The notes: a model not told the origin generated them from the sequence alone. DNA of 32,000 nt from Corynebacterium glutamicum ATCC 13032 (GCF_000011325.1 NC_003450.3:3240001-3272000), one strand, 5' to 3'. Counted from the first letter of the stretch, positions 8,393 through 15,741 are shown. Made by a program: numbers and translations.

Positions 8393-9169
8393 ATGACTCA
8401 CACTCTGCAGGCAACTAATCCCCTTGATCAAACCGCTTGGCACGCTTGGCATTTCTCCCGAAACAAAGAGGCCATCAGCCGCACCGGCGCCACCAGCCTG
8501 AGTGCCACAGAGTGGATTAGCGCCACCACACTCAAGGACGCGCACACTTTTCCTTCACTTCCCGGGCGATGGTATAAACGAGGCGGCGGGGTAGTGGGAG
8601 CACATTTACCACCAGCTTTCGCAACAACTGGAACGGTGCAACTGCGCCCCGGTGAGCTCTTGATAGCGGAAGATTTCACCCTCACCGTCATTGAACGGCT
8701 TGGACAGTTTGCACTTCAGGTTTTTGATGCACGCAATCCGAAGCGTTTTGAATTCCACTCCATCGCAGCTTTCCCACCGTCCGAGGAATGGCGGATTGAG
8801 GCTCGCTTCTTCCCGGAACCTGACACTGTTAACACCGCTGCAGCTGATGGAGTTATCGTTGCCACGCCTACTGCGGGTTGGGTGCACTTTTTGAAGGGCC
8901 GTCTGGATTACCGTCTTCGTGTAACCGTTCAGAAAAATAATCTACGGGCACTATTTAGCGACAATTCCTCGACGTTGGGCGTTTATCAGCATCGTTTTGT
9001 CGACATCCCACGCCCTGATGCCGAGGGAAACACCATCATTGATTTCAACCGCGCTTATCTTCCCCCAAAGGCATTGAACCGAAAGTTCCTGTGCCCATCG
9101 CCCAGCCTGAACAACCACCTCAATCTCACCGTGGAGGCAGGGGAGAAGTGGGTGGTTGCTGGAGGATAA
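8393..9169 (+). CDS. conserved hypothetical protein, DUF1684-like
   Basis: 258 aa soluble protein with GGAAAG SD 8 nt upstream. The family call comes from memory of the locus and of actinobacterial DUF1684 proteins, and is not verified. Confidence 0.6.
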   Translation: MTHTLQATNPLDQTAWHAWHFSRNKEAISRTGATSLSATEWISATTLKDAHTFPSLPGRWYKRGGGVVGAHLPPAFATTGTVQLRPGELLIAEDFTLTVIERLGQFALQVFDARNPKRFEFHSIAAFPPSEEWRIEARFFPEPDTVNTAAADGVIVATPTAGWVHFLKGRLDYRLRVTVQKNNLRALFSDNSSTLGVYQHRFVDIPRPDAEGNTIIDFNRAYLPPKALNRKFLCPSPSLNNHLNLTVEAGEKWVVAGG

Positions 9170-9184
9170 TACTTGCTAACCGTC

Positions 9185-9523
9185 CTAAACGGGCAAGTCA
9201 GCTGCGTTGCGCTCTTCCACTTCCGCTCGCATGACAGAAGTCAGCAGTCCCGGAAAACGCGCTTCCATATCTTCGCTGCGCAGCGCACTTAGAATGGCAG
9301 TTCCTTCATAGCGCTGAGTAATCAGACCCGCCTCACGGAGTACGCGGAAGTGGTGCGTTGAGGTGGATTTAGATACTGGAAGCTCGAAGGCAACACATGC
9401 CTGATCATTATGTCCGCACGACAGCTGCGACAGGATTTGTCGCCTAATAGGATCCGACAGCGCAAACATGATGGCATTTAAATTCATCTCGGCCAAAGAT
9501 GGATGTTCCAATTTGCGGGCCAT
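9185..9523 (-). CDS. cyeR: ArsR-family redox-responsive transcriptional regulator
   Basis: Start moved to ATG 9523 (MARKLEHPS...), which is preceded by GGAGGG. It has an ArsR-type winged HTH (FALSDPIRRQILSQL ... SKSTSTHHFRVLREAGLI) and Cys residues in SCGHNDQAC. It is divergent from an OYE gene, as in the described CyeR-cye1 pair. Confidence 0.8.
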   Translation of the reverse strand: MARKLEHPSLAEMNLNAIMFALSDPIRRQILSQLSCGHNDQACVAFELPVSKSTSTHHFRVLREAGLITQRYEGTAILSALRSEDMEARFPGLLTSVMRAEVEERNAADLPV

Positions 9524-9562
9524 GACACCCTCCAAATGATCTCGTAAAACAGTATTGAATTT

Positions 9563-9584
9563 AGGTACGACTCTAATCGTACCT
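9563..9584. promoter_or_regulatory. inverted repeat AGGTACGA-N6-TCGTACCT, candidate CyeR operator
   Basis: Perfect 8-bp arms in the cyeR/cye1 divergent region. A second weaker copy, GTACGAtcaaacTCGTTG, lies at 9606-9623. Confidence 0.55.
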
Positions 9585-9651
9585 TGCCCTCAAGCCAAGC
9601 TAGTTGTACGATCAAACTCGTTGTATGGCAAACGTCGTACTAGTCGATCGA

Positions 9652-10746
9652 ATGGAGCCTTTGGTGTCCAAGCTGTTTACCCCAATTCAAATCCGCGACA
9701 TCACCATCCCCAACCGCGTGTGGATGTCACCGATGTGCACCTACTCTGCAGCCACCGGTTCAGGTCTTCCCACCGATTTTCACCAGGCTCATTACGCAGC
9801 TCGCGCAGCAGGTGGTGTCGGATTAGTCATGGTTGAAGCAACTGGAGTGAACCCCGTAGCTCCCATCTCCCCAGTCGACCTTGGACTTTGGAGCCATGAC
9901 CAAATTGAACCATTCTCCCGAGTGACAGCAGCTATTCGCGCCGGTGGGGCAGTACCGGCCGTTCAATTAGCCCATGCTGGCCGCAAGGCATCCACCGATG
10001 CTCCGTGGAATGGTGGCGGATATGTTGGACCAGAAACCAATGGATGGGAGACTGTCGGCCCCAGCCCTCTGGCATTCCCAGGTTTGCCTGCTCCGCGCGA
10101 GCTGACGGTTTCAGAAATCCAAGAGGTTGTGCAGCAGTTCGCTGGCGCCGCCGTTCGTGCCGATCAGGCTGGTTTTGATGTCGTGGAAATTCACGCAGCA
10201 CACGGCTACCTTTTGCATAACTTCCTTTCTCCGATCTCCAACAAGCGCACCGATTCATACGGCGGATCTTTAGAAAACCGCGCTCGCATCGTGCTCGAAG
10301 TCATTGATGCAATCCGCGCAGTGTGGCCAGAGGAAAAGCCTGTATTCATGCGCATTTCCACCACCGACTGGGTGGAGGAAAACCCACAGGATGATCGCGA
10401 GTCCTGGACGCTGAGCCAAAGCAGGCAGCTGGCTTTGTGGGCATCCGAGCACGGAGTTGATTTGATCGATGCCTCTTCTGGTGGCCTCGACATCGTCCCC
10501 ATTCCGCATGACCGCGATTACCAAACCGCGAAGGCCGCAGATCTTCACGCAAGTACCGGAGTGACAGTCGCTGCTGTGGGGCGCATTGATGACGCCCAAA
10601 CTGCGCACAATTTGGTTGATTCTGGCGATGTCAATGCAGTTTTCCTCGGCCGTCCACTGCTCAAGGATCCTTCCTGGGCAAACCAAGCAGCCCTCGCACT
10701 AGGTGCGGAACCCAGGTATGTTCACCAATACGACTACGTACTTTAA
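9652..10746 (+). CDS. cye1: NADH:flavin oxidoreductase, Old Yellow Enzyme family
   Basis: Paralog of the 5820-6932 gene, with HAAHGYLLHNFLSPISNKRTDSYGGSLENRARI. The start is ambiguous: TTG 9604 (track), ATG 9625 or ATG 9652. I prefer 9652 (MEPLVSKLFTPIQIRD) because it aligns with the paralog N terminus and leaves the second operator-like repeat outside the CDS. Confidence 0.85.
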   Translation: MEPLVSKLFTPIQIRDITIPNRVWMSPMCTYSAATGSGLPTDFHQAHYAARAAGGVGLVMVEATGVNPVAPISPVDLGLWSHDQIEPFSRVTAAIRAGGAVPAVQLAHAGRKASTDAPWNGGGYVGPETNGWETVGPSPLAFPGLPAPRELTVSEIQEVVQQFAGAAVRADQAGFDVVEIHAAHGYLLHNFLSPISNKRTDSYGGSLENRARIVLEVIDAIRAVWPEEKPVFMRISTTDWVEENPQDDRESWTLSQSRQLALWASEHGVDLIDASSGGLDIVPIPHDRDYQTAKAADLHASTGVTVAAVGRIDDAQTAHNLVDSGDVNAVFLGRPLLKDPSWANQAALALGAEPRYVHQYDYVL

Positions 10747-10758
10747 AGGAGAGTTGAC

Positions 10759-11409
10759 ATGAAGGTTTTCATCATCGGCGCTGCGGGTGGCATCGGCAAT
10801 CGACTTTCCAGCCTGCTTCACGCCAGGGGAGATGCAGTTAGCGGCATGCACCGCAATCTTGAGCAGGCCTCAAAAATCACAGACACTGGGGCAACTGCCG
10901 TACTCGGGGATCTCATCCACAACAGCACGGAGGAGCTTGCGGAGCTTTTCCGCGGTCACGATGCCATCGTATTTTCTGCAGGCGCCCACGGAACAGGGCA
11001 AGAAAATACCACGCTTATCGACGGCGCCGGCCTCCGTAAAGCCGCCGACGCTGCCAGCGCGGCCAACGTTTCACGCTTCATCTTGGTCTCTGCGTTTCCG
11101 GAATCCTCCCGCGGGGAGAACACCACCGAGAACTTTGAGCACTATATGAAGGTGAAGAAGTCCGCCGATGTCTACCTCAGTCACACTGACCTAGACTGGG
11201 TTATTGTCCGACCAGGCGTGCTTCAAGATGAGGCAGGGGATGGTTTAGTCACTGCTGGCTTAGCGATTAATTACGGCAATGTTGCTCGCGATAATGTCGC
11301 AGCGTTCATTGATGAAGCTCTGCATCAACCGCAGTTGTCAAAGATCATTGTTGAACTCACCGACGGTTCAACTCCGGTGGCGGAAGCCGTAGAACGCCTC
11401 ATCAAGTAA
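10759..11409 (+). CDS. NAD(P)-binding atypical SDR (NmrA/YwnB-like) protein
   Basis: 216 aa with the Rossmann motif MKVFIIGAAGGIGNRL. AAAGGAG SD. It lies 12 nt after the cye1 stop, consistent with an operon. Confidence 0.85.
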   Translation: MKVFIIGAAGGIGNRLSSLLHARGDAVSGMHRNLEQASKITDTGATAVLGDLIHNSTEELAELFRGHDAIVFSAGAHGTGQENTTLIDGAGLRKAADAASAANVSRFILVSAFPESSRGENTTENFEHYMKVKKSADVYLSHTDLDWVIVRPGVLQDEAGDGLVTAGLAINYGNVARDNVAAFIDEALHQPQLSKIIVELTDGSTPVAEAVERLIK

Positions 11410-11415
11410 AGACGA

Positions 11416-11455
11416 AAAGAGGGAGAATGTTTCACGTGAAACATTCTCCCTCTTT
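11416..11455. repeat. core palindrome copy 4 (40 bp perfect: AAAGAGGGAGAATGTTTCAC|GTGAAACATTCTCCCTCTTT)
   Basis: Perfect 20+20 bp palindrome. It lies 6 nt after the + strand stop (11409) and 8 nt after the - strand stop (11464) of convergent genes. Confidence 0.95.
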
Positions 11456-11463
11456 AGCTACTT

Positions 11464-11619
11464 CTAGGAAGAGAGTGAAGAAGTGTAGTGCTGTGACTCG
11501 ACTGCTTCAGGTCGCGCCCATCCCTGGAAGTGCTGGAACTGCTCTTGGATCTGAGCGCCCCACTGTGCTGGCTTGAAGTTCTGTGCGATGTCGGTGAAGT
11601 GCTGGATCTGATCAAACAT
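11464..11619 (-). CDS. small Gln/Phe-rich protein, paralog A (51 aa)
   Basis: My own translation: MFDQIQHFTDIAQNFKPAQWGAQIQEQFQHFQGWARPEAVESQHYTSSLSS*. AAGGAAATCACT precedes the ATG. It is below the track length cut-off. The track ORF 11454-11684 is a different frame. Confidence 0.7.
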   Translation of the reverse strand: MFDQIQHFTDIAQNFKPAQWGAQIQEQFQHFQGWARPEAVESQHYTSSLSS

Positions 11620-11701
11620 AGTGATTTCCTTTGCTGAGGTTGAATGAGTTCGGGGAGTAAAAACAGCTGCGCTGCGATTCTCAAGGGGAGCAGGGCTCCT
11701 C

Positions 11702-11729
11702 GGTCAATGTTTCACGTGAAACATTGACC
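11702..11729. repeat. core palindrome copy 5 (28 bp perfect: GGTCAATGTTTCAC|GTGAAACATTGACC)
   Basis: Read directly. It lies 11 nt after the stop of small-protein paralog B. Confidence 0.95.
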
Positions 11730-11740
11730 TTAAAGAGCGA

Positions 11741-11899
11741 CTAGGAGCTGAGGGAGAAAGTGCTCTTGGCTGGCTCTACAGTTTCGGTGTTAAACCAATT
11801 CTGGAAGTGCTGCTGGAACTGCTCCTGAATCTGGACACCCCACTGTGCGCCCTGGAAGTTCTGTGCAATGTCGGTGAACTGCTGGAACTGATCAAACAT
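11741..11899 (-). CDS. small Gln/Phe-rich protein, paralog B (52 aa)
   Basis: MFDQFQQFTDIAQNFQGAQWGVQIQEQFQQHFQNWFNTETVEPAKSTFSLSS*. This is the internal ATG of track ORF 11741-11935, preceded by AAGGAGATCACT. Confidence 0.75.
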   Translation of the reverse strand: MFDQFQQFTDIAQNFQGAQWGVQIQEQFQQHFQNWFNTETVEPAKSTFSLSS

Positions 11900-12094
11900 A
11901 GTGATCTCCTTAAAGTGATTGTTGTAAAGAAGCAAGAACGTCTGTTGTAAAAGGTTTAAAAAAGCTTAAGGTATCGCTAGACTTGCCACGATGAGGCTTT
12001 ACCTCCAACCGCAGCCCTCCCAGAACATCGGTTACCGATGGCGTCTCTCTGGCAGCTGAGTTGGCAGCAAAGCTAATCATTCCGGATCGCATTG

Positions 12095-12120
12095 GGGGAT
12101 GTTTCACTTGAAGCGTCCCC
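12095..12120. repeat. core palindrome copy 6, degenerate (GGGGATGTTTCAC|TTGAAGCGTCCCC)
   Basis: The left arm is intact. The right arm differs from the expected GTGAAACATCCCC at 3 positions. It lies 10 nt after the stop of paralog C. Confidence 0.8.
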
Positions 12121-12130
12121 TCATGTGTTC

Positions 12131-12301
12131 TTAGGAAGAGAGGGAAGAGGTACGCTCCGGCAGGGGAGCAGCCTCAGGGCGAACCCACTGCTGAATCTGC
12201 TGAGGGAAGTGCTGCTGGAACTGCTCCTGAATTTGAGCGCCCCACTGTGCAGGCTGGAAGTTTTGTGCAATGTCGGTGAAGTGCTGAATCTGATCGAACA
12301 T
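12131..12301 (-). CDS. small Gln/Phe-rich protein, paralog C (56 aa)
   Basis: My own translation: MFDQIQHFTDIAQNFQPAQWGAQIQEQFQQHFPQQIQQWVRPEAAPLPERTSSLSS*. AAAAGGAGTTCAAC precedes the ATG. The track ORF 12121-12510 is another frame. Confidence 0.7.
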   Translation of the reverse strand: MFDQIQHFTDIAQNFQPAQWGAQIQEQFQQHFPQQIQQWVRPEAAPLPERTSSLSS

Positions 12302-12332
12302 GTTGAACTCCTTTTAAGTGGTTGAGTGAGAT

Positions 12333-12413
12333 TTAGGAAGAAAGAACGACTGCAGAGAAGATGTCGGAAACGCTTCCCAGGACAGTGTTGAAGATGTTGA
12401 CGATGTATCCCAT
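12333..12413 (-). CDS. candidate 26-aa hydrophobic small ORF
   Basis: ATG at 12413 to TAA at 12333-12335: MGYIVNIFNTVLGSVSDIFSAVVLSS*. Codons are mostly C-ending preferred codons (ATC GTC AAC TTC CTG TCC GAC). It ends 31 nt upstream of paralog C and shares the ...LSS-stop ending. The SD is weak (GAAAG). Confidence 0.3.
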   Translation of the reverse strand: MGYIVNIFNTVLGSVSDIFSAVVLSS

Positions 12414-12728
12414 GAAAAGAACTCACTTTCTCGTGTACTTGCAAGGTGTGCCAGCGACGGTGTGTTCCGTTGCTGTGACTTGAAGTTAACACCGAAAAAA
12501 TTTTTCCCACAAACAGCGGTCAGACCAATTTTCAACTCCGTGACCTGCACAAATGCAAAAATACTGAAGTTTATGGGAATTCCCCCATCATCATGATCTA
12601 GCTGCGGAAATGGCATATCATCATGGCTAACCAACAAAGGTCATCTCAACCGGCTTAAGAAAATTCTGCCAGCTTTCTGCTGATTGAATCGTGCCAGCTC
12701 AGGGCATATCTCACCTAAAGTAAACACC

Positions 12729-13484
12729 ATGAAATCAATCTTCATTTCCGGTGCGGCGAACGGAATTGGCAAAGCTGTGGCGTTGAAATTTCTTCACGAA
12801 GGTTGGCTCGTTGGAGCCTACGACCTCGCGGAAATCACCTACTCACACCCCAATCTTCGCTGGGGCTACCTCAATGTTCGACAGTCCGAGTCGTGGGACA
12901 AAGCCCTAGAAGACTTTGCGACGCACACCGGAGGCACCATCGATGTGGTGGACAATAATGCCGGCGTAATTATTGAGGGACCGCTGCAGGACGCAGAGGA
13001 GGGGAGCGTCGACAAGCTTCTTGCAATCAACGTCAATGGCGTGACTCTTGGTGCCCGCGCCGCTCATCCTTATTTGGCGCGCACGCCGGGCGCCCAGTTG
13101 TTAAACATGTCCTCGGCGTCGGCGGTGTACGGGCAGCCCCAGATCGCGGTGTATTCGGCTTCGAAGTTTTACGTCGCAGGTCTTACTGAGGCGCTGAATT
13201 TGGAGTGGCGGAAAGACGATATTCGCGTGGTCGATGTTTGGCCTTTGTGGGCGAAAACCGATTTGGTGAACGGCGTGAAGGCTAAGTCACTGAAGCGTTT
13301 GGGTGTCCGGATCACTCCGGAACAGGTGGCACAGGCGGTATGGGATGCGGTGCATCCGAAATCTCGGTGGGCGAAGGGAAAGGTGCATCACGGGGTGTCA
13401 AAGTTGGATAAGGCGCTGTATCTCATGAAATCTCTGTCGCCTGATCGGGTAGCGATGTGTTTTGCGCGACTAATCGCCGGATAA
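12729..13484 (+). CDS. short-chain dehydrogenase/reductase (classical SDR)
   Basis: Start moved to ATG 12729 (MKSIFISGAANGIGKAV). It has the cofactor motif SGAANGIG, NNAG, and the catalytic YSASK. Confidence 0.9.
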   Translation: MKSIFISGAANGIGKAVALKFLHEGWLVGAYDLAEITYSHPNLRWGYLNVRQSESWDKALEDFATHTGGTIDVVDNNAGVIIEGPLQDAEEGSVDKLLAINVNGVTLGARAAHPYLARTPGAQLLNMSSASAVYGQPQIAVYSASKFYVAGLTEALNLEWRKDDIRVVDVWPLWAKTDLVNGVKAKSLKRLGVRITPEQVAQAVWDAVHPKSRWAKGKVHHGVSKLDKALYLMKSLSPDRVAMCFARLIAG

Positions 13485-13560
13485 ATGAATTGATTATTTT
13501 AGGCTCCCAGGGATTAAGTCTAGGGTGGAATGCAGAAATATTTCCTACGGAAGGTCCGTT

Positions 13561-13743
13561 ATGACGCCTGCAGGTCCAGCACAATTACTCATTGTTGCTC
13601 TTGTAGTAATTGTCCTCTTTGGTTCCAATAAGTTGCCTGATGTTGCTCGGTCCGTTGGCCGTTCGATGCGCATTTTCAAATCTGAGATCAAAGAGATGAA
13701 CAAGGATCAGATCGAAAGCTCCGATCAGACCTTGAAGAACTAA
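13561..13743 (+). CDS. tatE: TatA/E-family twin-arginine translocase subunit
   Basis: Start moved to ATG 13561, preceded by [52 protein letters not shown] shows the TatA signature (TM helix, FG hinge, amphipathic helix). I recall this second copy being named tatE. Confidence 0.85.
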   Translation: MTPAGPAQLLIVALVVIVLFGSNKLPDVARSVGRSMRIFKSEIKEMNKDQIESSDQTLKN

Positions 13744-13757
13744 GGTTCCTCGCATCT

Positions 13758-13806
13758 AAAAACCGCCTGCCTTCTCTGTTTAGAGAAGGCAGGCGGTTTT
13801 TGTTTT
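13758..13806. terminator. bidirectional intrinsic terminator
   Basis: AAAAA, then a 15-bp perfect stem CCGCCTGCCTTCTCT (13763-13777) / AGAGAAGGCAGGCGG (13782-13796) with loop GTTT, then TTTTTGTTTT. It lies between convergent tatE and the POT transporter. Confidence 0.9.
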
Positions 13807-13821
13807 GAGGCTTTGTGAGGC

Positions 13822-15348
13822 CTATCGGACGTCGATGAACTTCTTCAGCACCCAGCCCTTGGCTGCTATGACGATTGCACCAAGAACGATGGCTGCAACG
13901 CCAACGGTAATGAAGAAGACCTTTTCAGATCCTGCATCGGTTGGATCGTAGTAACCACCCAGGGTGCCGGACAGGGACGTACCCATGGAGACAGCCATCA
14001 GCCACACGGCGAACATGCGGGACTGGAATGCCTCGGGTGCGACCTTGGTTGCAAGTGAGTTGCCGACAGGGGAGAGCAGAAGCTCAGCGATGGTGAAGAG
14101 GAAGTAGACCCAAATGATCAGTGCCATTGGGGTAGAGTTCTCTGCACCGCCGGCGAACGGCAGGAAGAAGAACAGCGCGCAACCAATGACAATGTTGGCG
14201 ACACCGAACTTCACTGCAGTAGACCACTGCTTTGCTCCGAGTTTTGTCCACAAGGTGGCAAAGATTCCGGAGAAGATGATGATGAAGATTGGGTTGAAGG
14301 AGTTGATCAATCCTGGAGGAAGATCAATGCCGAAGAAGTTACGGTCCAGGCGGGTGTCGGAGTAAACCGCGAGGACCGTGAACTGGGTTTGGAAGATCGC
14401 GAAGAAAAGCACGCCACCGATGAACATCGGGATGAATCCCAACAAGCGGGACTTTTCCGCTGCGGTGGTCAGTGGGGAAACGTACATCTGAGCAAGCAGA
14501 GCAATAGCCGCAATCAGTGCGATCGCTGCGGTGATGTTGGACAGCCATTCCAGCTTGATGATGCCCGTTGCGATGAGAGCGACAACTGCTGCGACAACCA
14601 CGACTGCACCGATAATCCAGCGCGCATATTCATTCTTAGGCAGTGGGTTAGGAACAGTATGGCCTGCCGCACCGATGGTGGTTTTACGCATCGCCACGTA
14701 TTGGATGAGACCCAAAGCCATGCCGACTGCGGCGATACCGAAGCCCCAGTGGAATCCTCCCCATCCCCACAGAGCGTTGGTGATCAGCGGGCCAAAGAGG
14801 CCACCGAGGTTGACGCCCATGTAGAAGATGGAGAAGCCTGCGTCTCGACGCGTGTCCGTGCGTGAGTACAGCTGGCCCAGCACAACCTGCGCTGCCGTCT
14901 TCACGCCACCTGAGCCAAGGCCGATGAGGACCAAGCCGATGGACAGTCCCGTATATCCCGGAATCAAGGCCAGGGCAATGTGGCCCAGCATGACGATGAT
15001 CGCGGAGTAGAAGAGTGTACGTTCAGAGCCCAATACTCGGTCTGCAATGAACGAAGCCACGAGGGAGGTCATGTAGACGAAGCCGCCGTAGGCGCCCACA
15101 ATGGACAGTGCAGCTGTCTGATTCATACCAAGTCCGCCATCGGTGACGGAGTAGTACAGATAGAAAGCAAGGATGGACTGCATGCCGTAGAAGCTGAATC
15201 GCTCCCACATCTCCACGCCGAAGAGATTTGCCAGCCCCCAAGGCTGGCCGAAGAATTTCTTTTCGCGGTGAGTTTCCGCCACTTCAGACCCTAGGTGGGG
15301 GTCGGAAGGTTCAGGACTCACACCGTCTTGAGTTGTGTCGGTGTTCAT
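13822..15348 (-). CDS. POT/PTR2-family proton-dependent di/tripeptide transporter
   Basis: Start moved to ATG 15348 (MNTDTTQDG...), preceded by GGAGG/AGAGG. It has the PTR2 signature GVEMWERFSFYGMQ and about 14 TM helices. Confidence 0.9.
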   Translation of the reverse strand: MNTDTTQDGVSPEPSDPHLGSEVAETHREKKFFGQPWGLANLFGVEMWERFSFYGMQSILAFYLYYSVTDGGLGMNQTAALSIVGAYGGFVYMTSLVASFIADRVLGSERTLFYSAIIVMLGHIALALIPGYTGLSIGLVLIGLGSGGVKTAAQVVLGQLYSRTDTRRDAGFSIFYMGVNLGGLFGPLITNALWGWGGFHWGFGIAAVGMALGLIQYVAMRKTTIGAAGHTVPNPLPKNEYARWIIGAVVVVAAVVALIATGIIKLEWLSNITAAIALIAAIALLAQMYVSPLTTAAEKSRLLGFIPMFIGGVLFFAIFQTQFTVLAVYSDTRLDRNFFGIDLPPGLINSFNPIFIIIFSGIFATLWTKLGAKQWSTAVKFGVANIVIGCALFFFLPFAGGAENSTPMALIIWVYFLFTIAELLLSPVGNSLATKVAPEAFQSRMFAVWLMAVSMGTSLSGTLGGYYDPTDAGSEKVFFITVGVAAIVLGAIVIAAKGWVLKKFIDVR

Positions 15349-15475
15349 AACCTCTATGATCCTCCACCTAAAAGCACAACTCCAATTAGGCACCCAACGA
15401 TCCCGCAACTGAAACACAGTTGAAAATAGCTAGAGGCTTAAGTTGATCACAGGGGATTGAACGGCAAATGAGGGA

Positions 15476-15495
15476 AATGTTTCACGTGAAACATT
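15476..15495. repeat. core palindrome copy 7 (bare 20-bp core AATGTTTCACGTGAAACATT)
   Basis: Read directly, with no complementary flanks. It lies 127 nt upstream of the POT transporter start and 246 nt downstream of the TetR stop. Confidence 0.95.
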
Positions 15496-15741
15496 GAAAG
15501 AAGTCAGATACGGCTTCACAATTCCCTAAATCCCACAAATGCCCCTCGCTTGAAAAGCACTTTCGGACACCATGTGCTCAATAAGGAACAAAATGGGGGT
15601 AAAGAAGTGTGCGCGAAGGATATTAAGCGTTCCACAATCTCCAGCGCGACCACCCAAACAGGCTGCACGCCATCAGTGGACTTCCACACAAATGGCCCCC
15701 AATTTGAAATAATTCACAAATAGGGGATTGGGGCGCATTGC

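Noticed and set aside
11454-12637. Track ORFs 11454-11684, 12121-12510 and 12314-12637 (76-129 aa, minus strand)
   Set aside because: They are alternative frames over the small-protein genes and their upstream spacer. The Gln-rich frame has the conserved ATG plus SD, frame-specific synonymous substitutions, and a conserved SLSS-stop in all three copies. The Ser/Thr/Arg-rich frames are open only because CAG/TTC-rich sequence lacks stop codons.
15451-15730. Direct repeat AGGGGATTG at 15451-15459 and 15722-15730
   Set aside because: Thousands of 9-mer pair matches are expected by chance in 32 kb, and there is no supporting structure.
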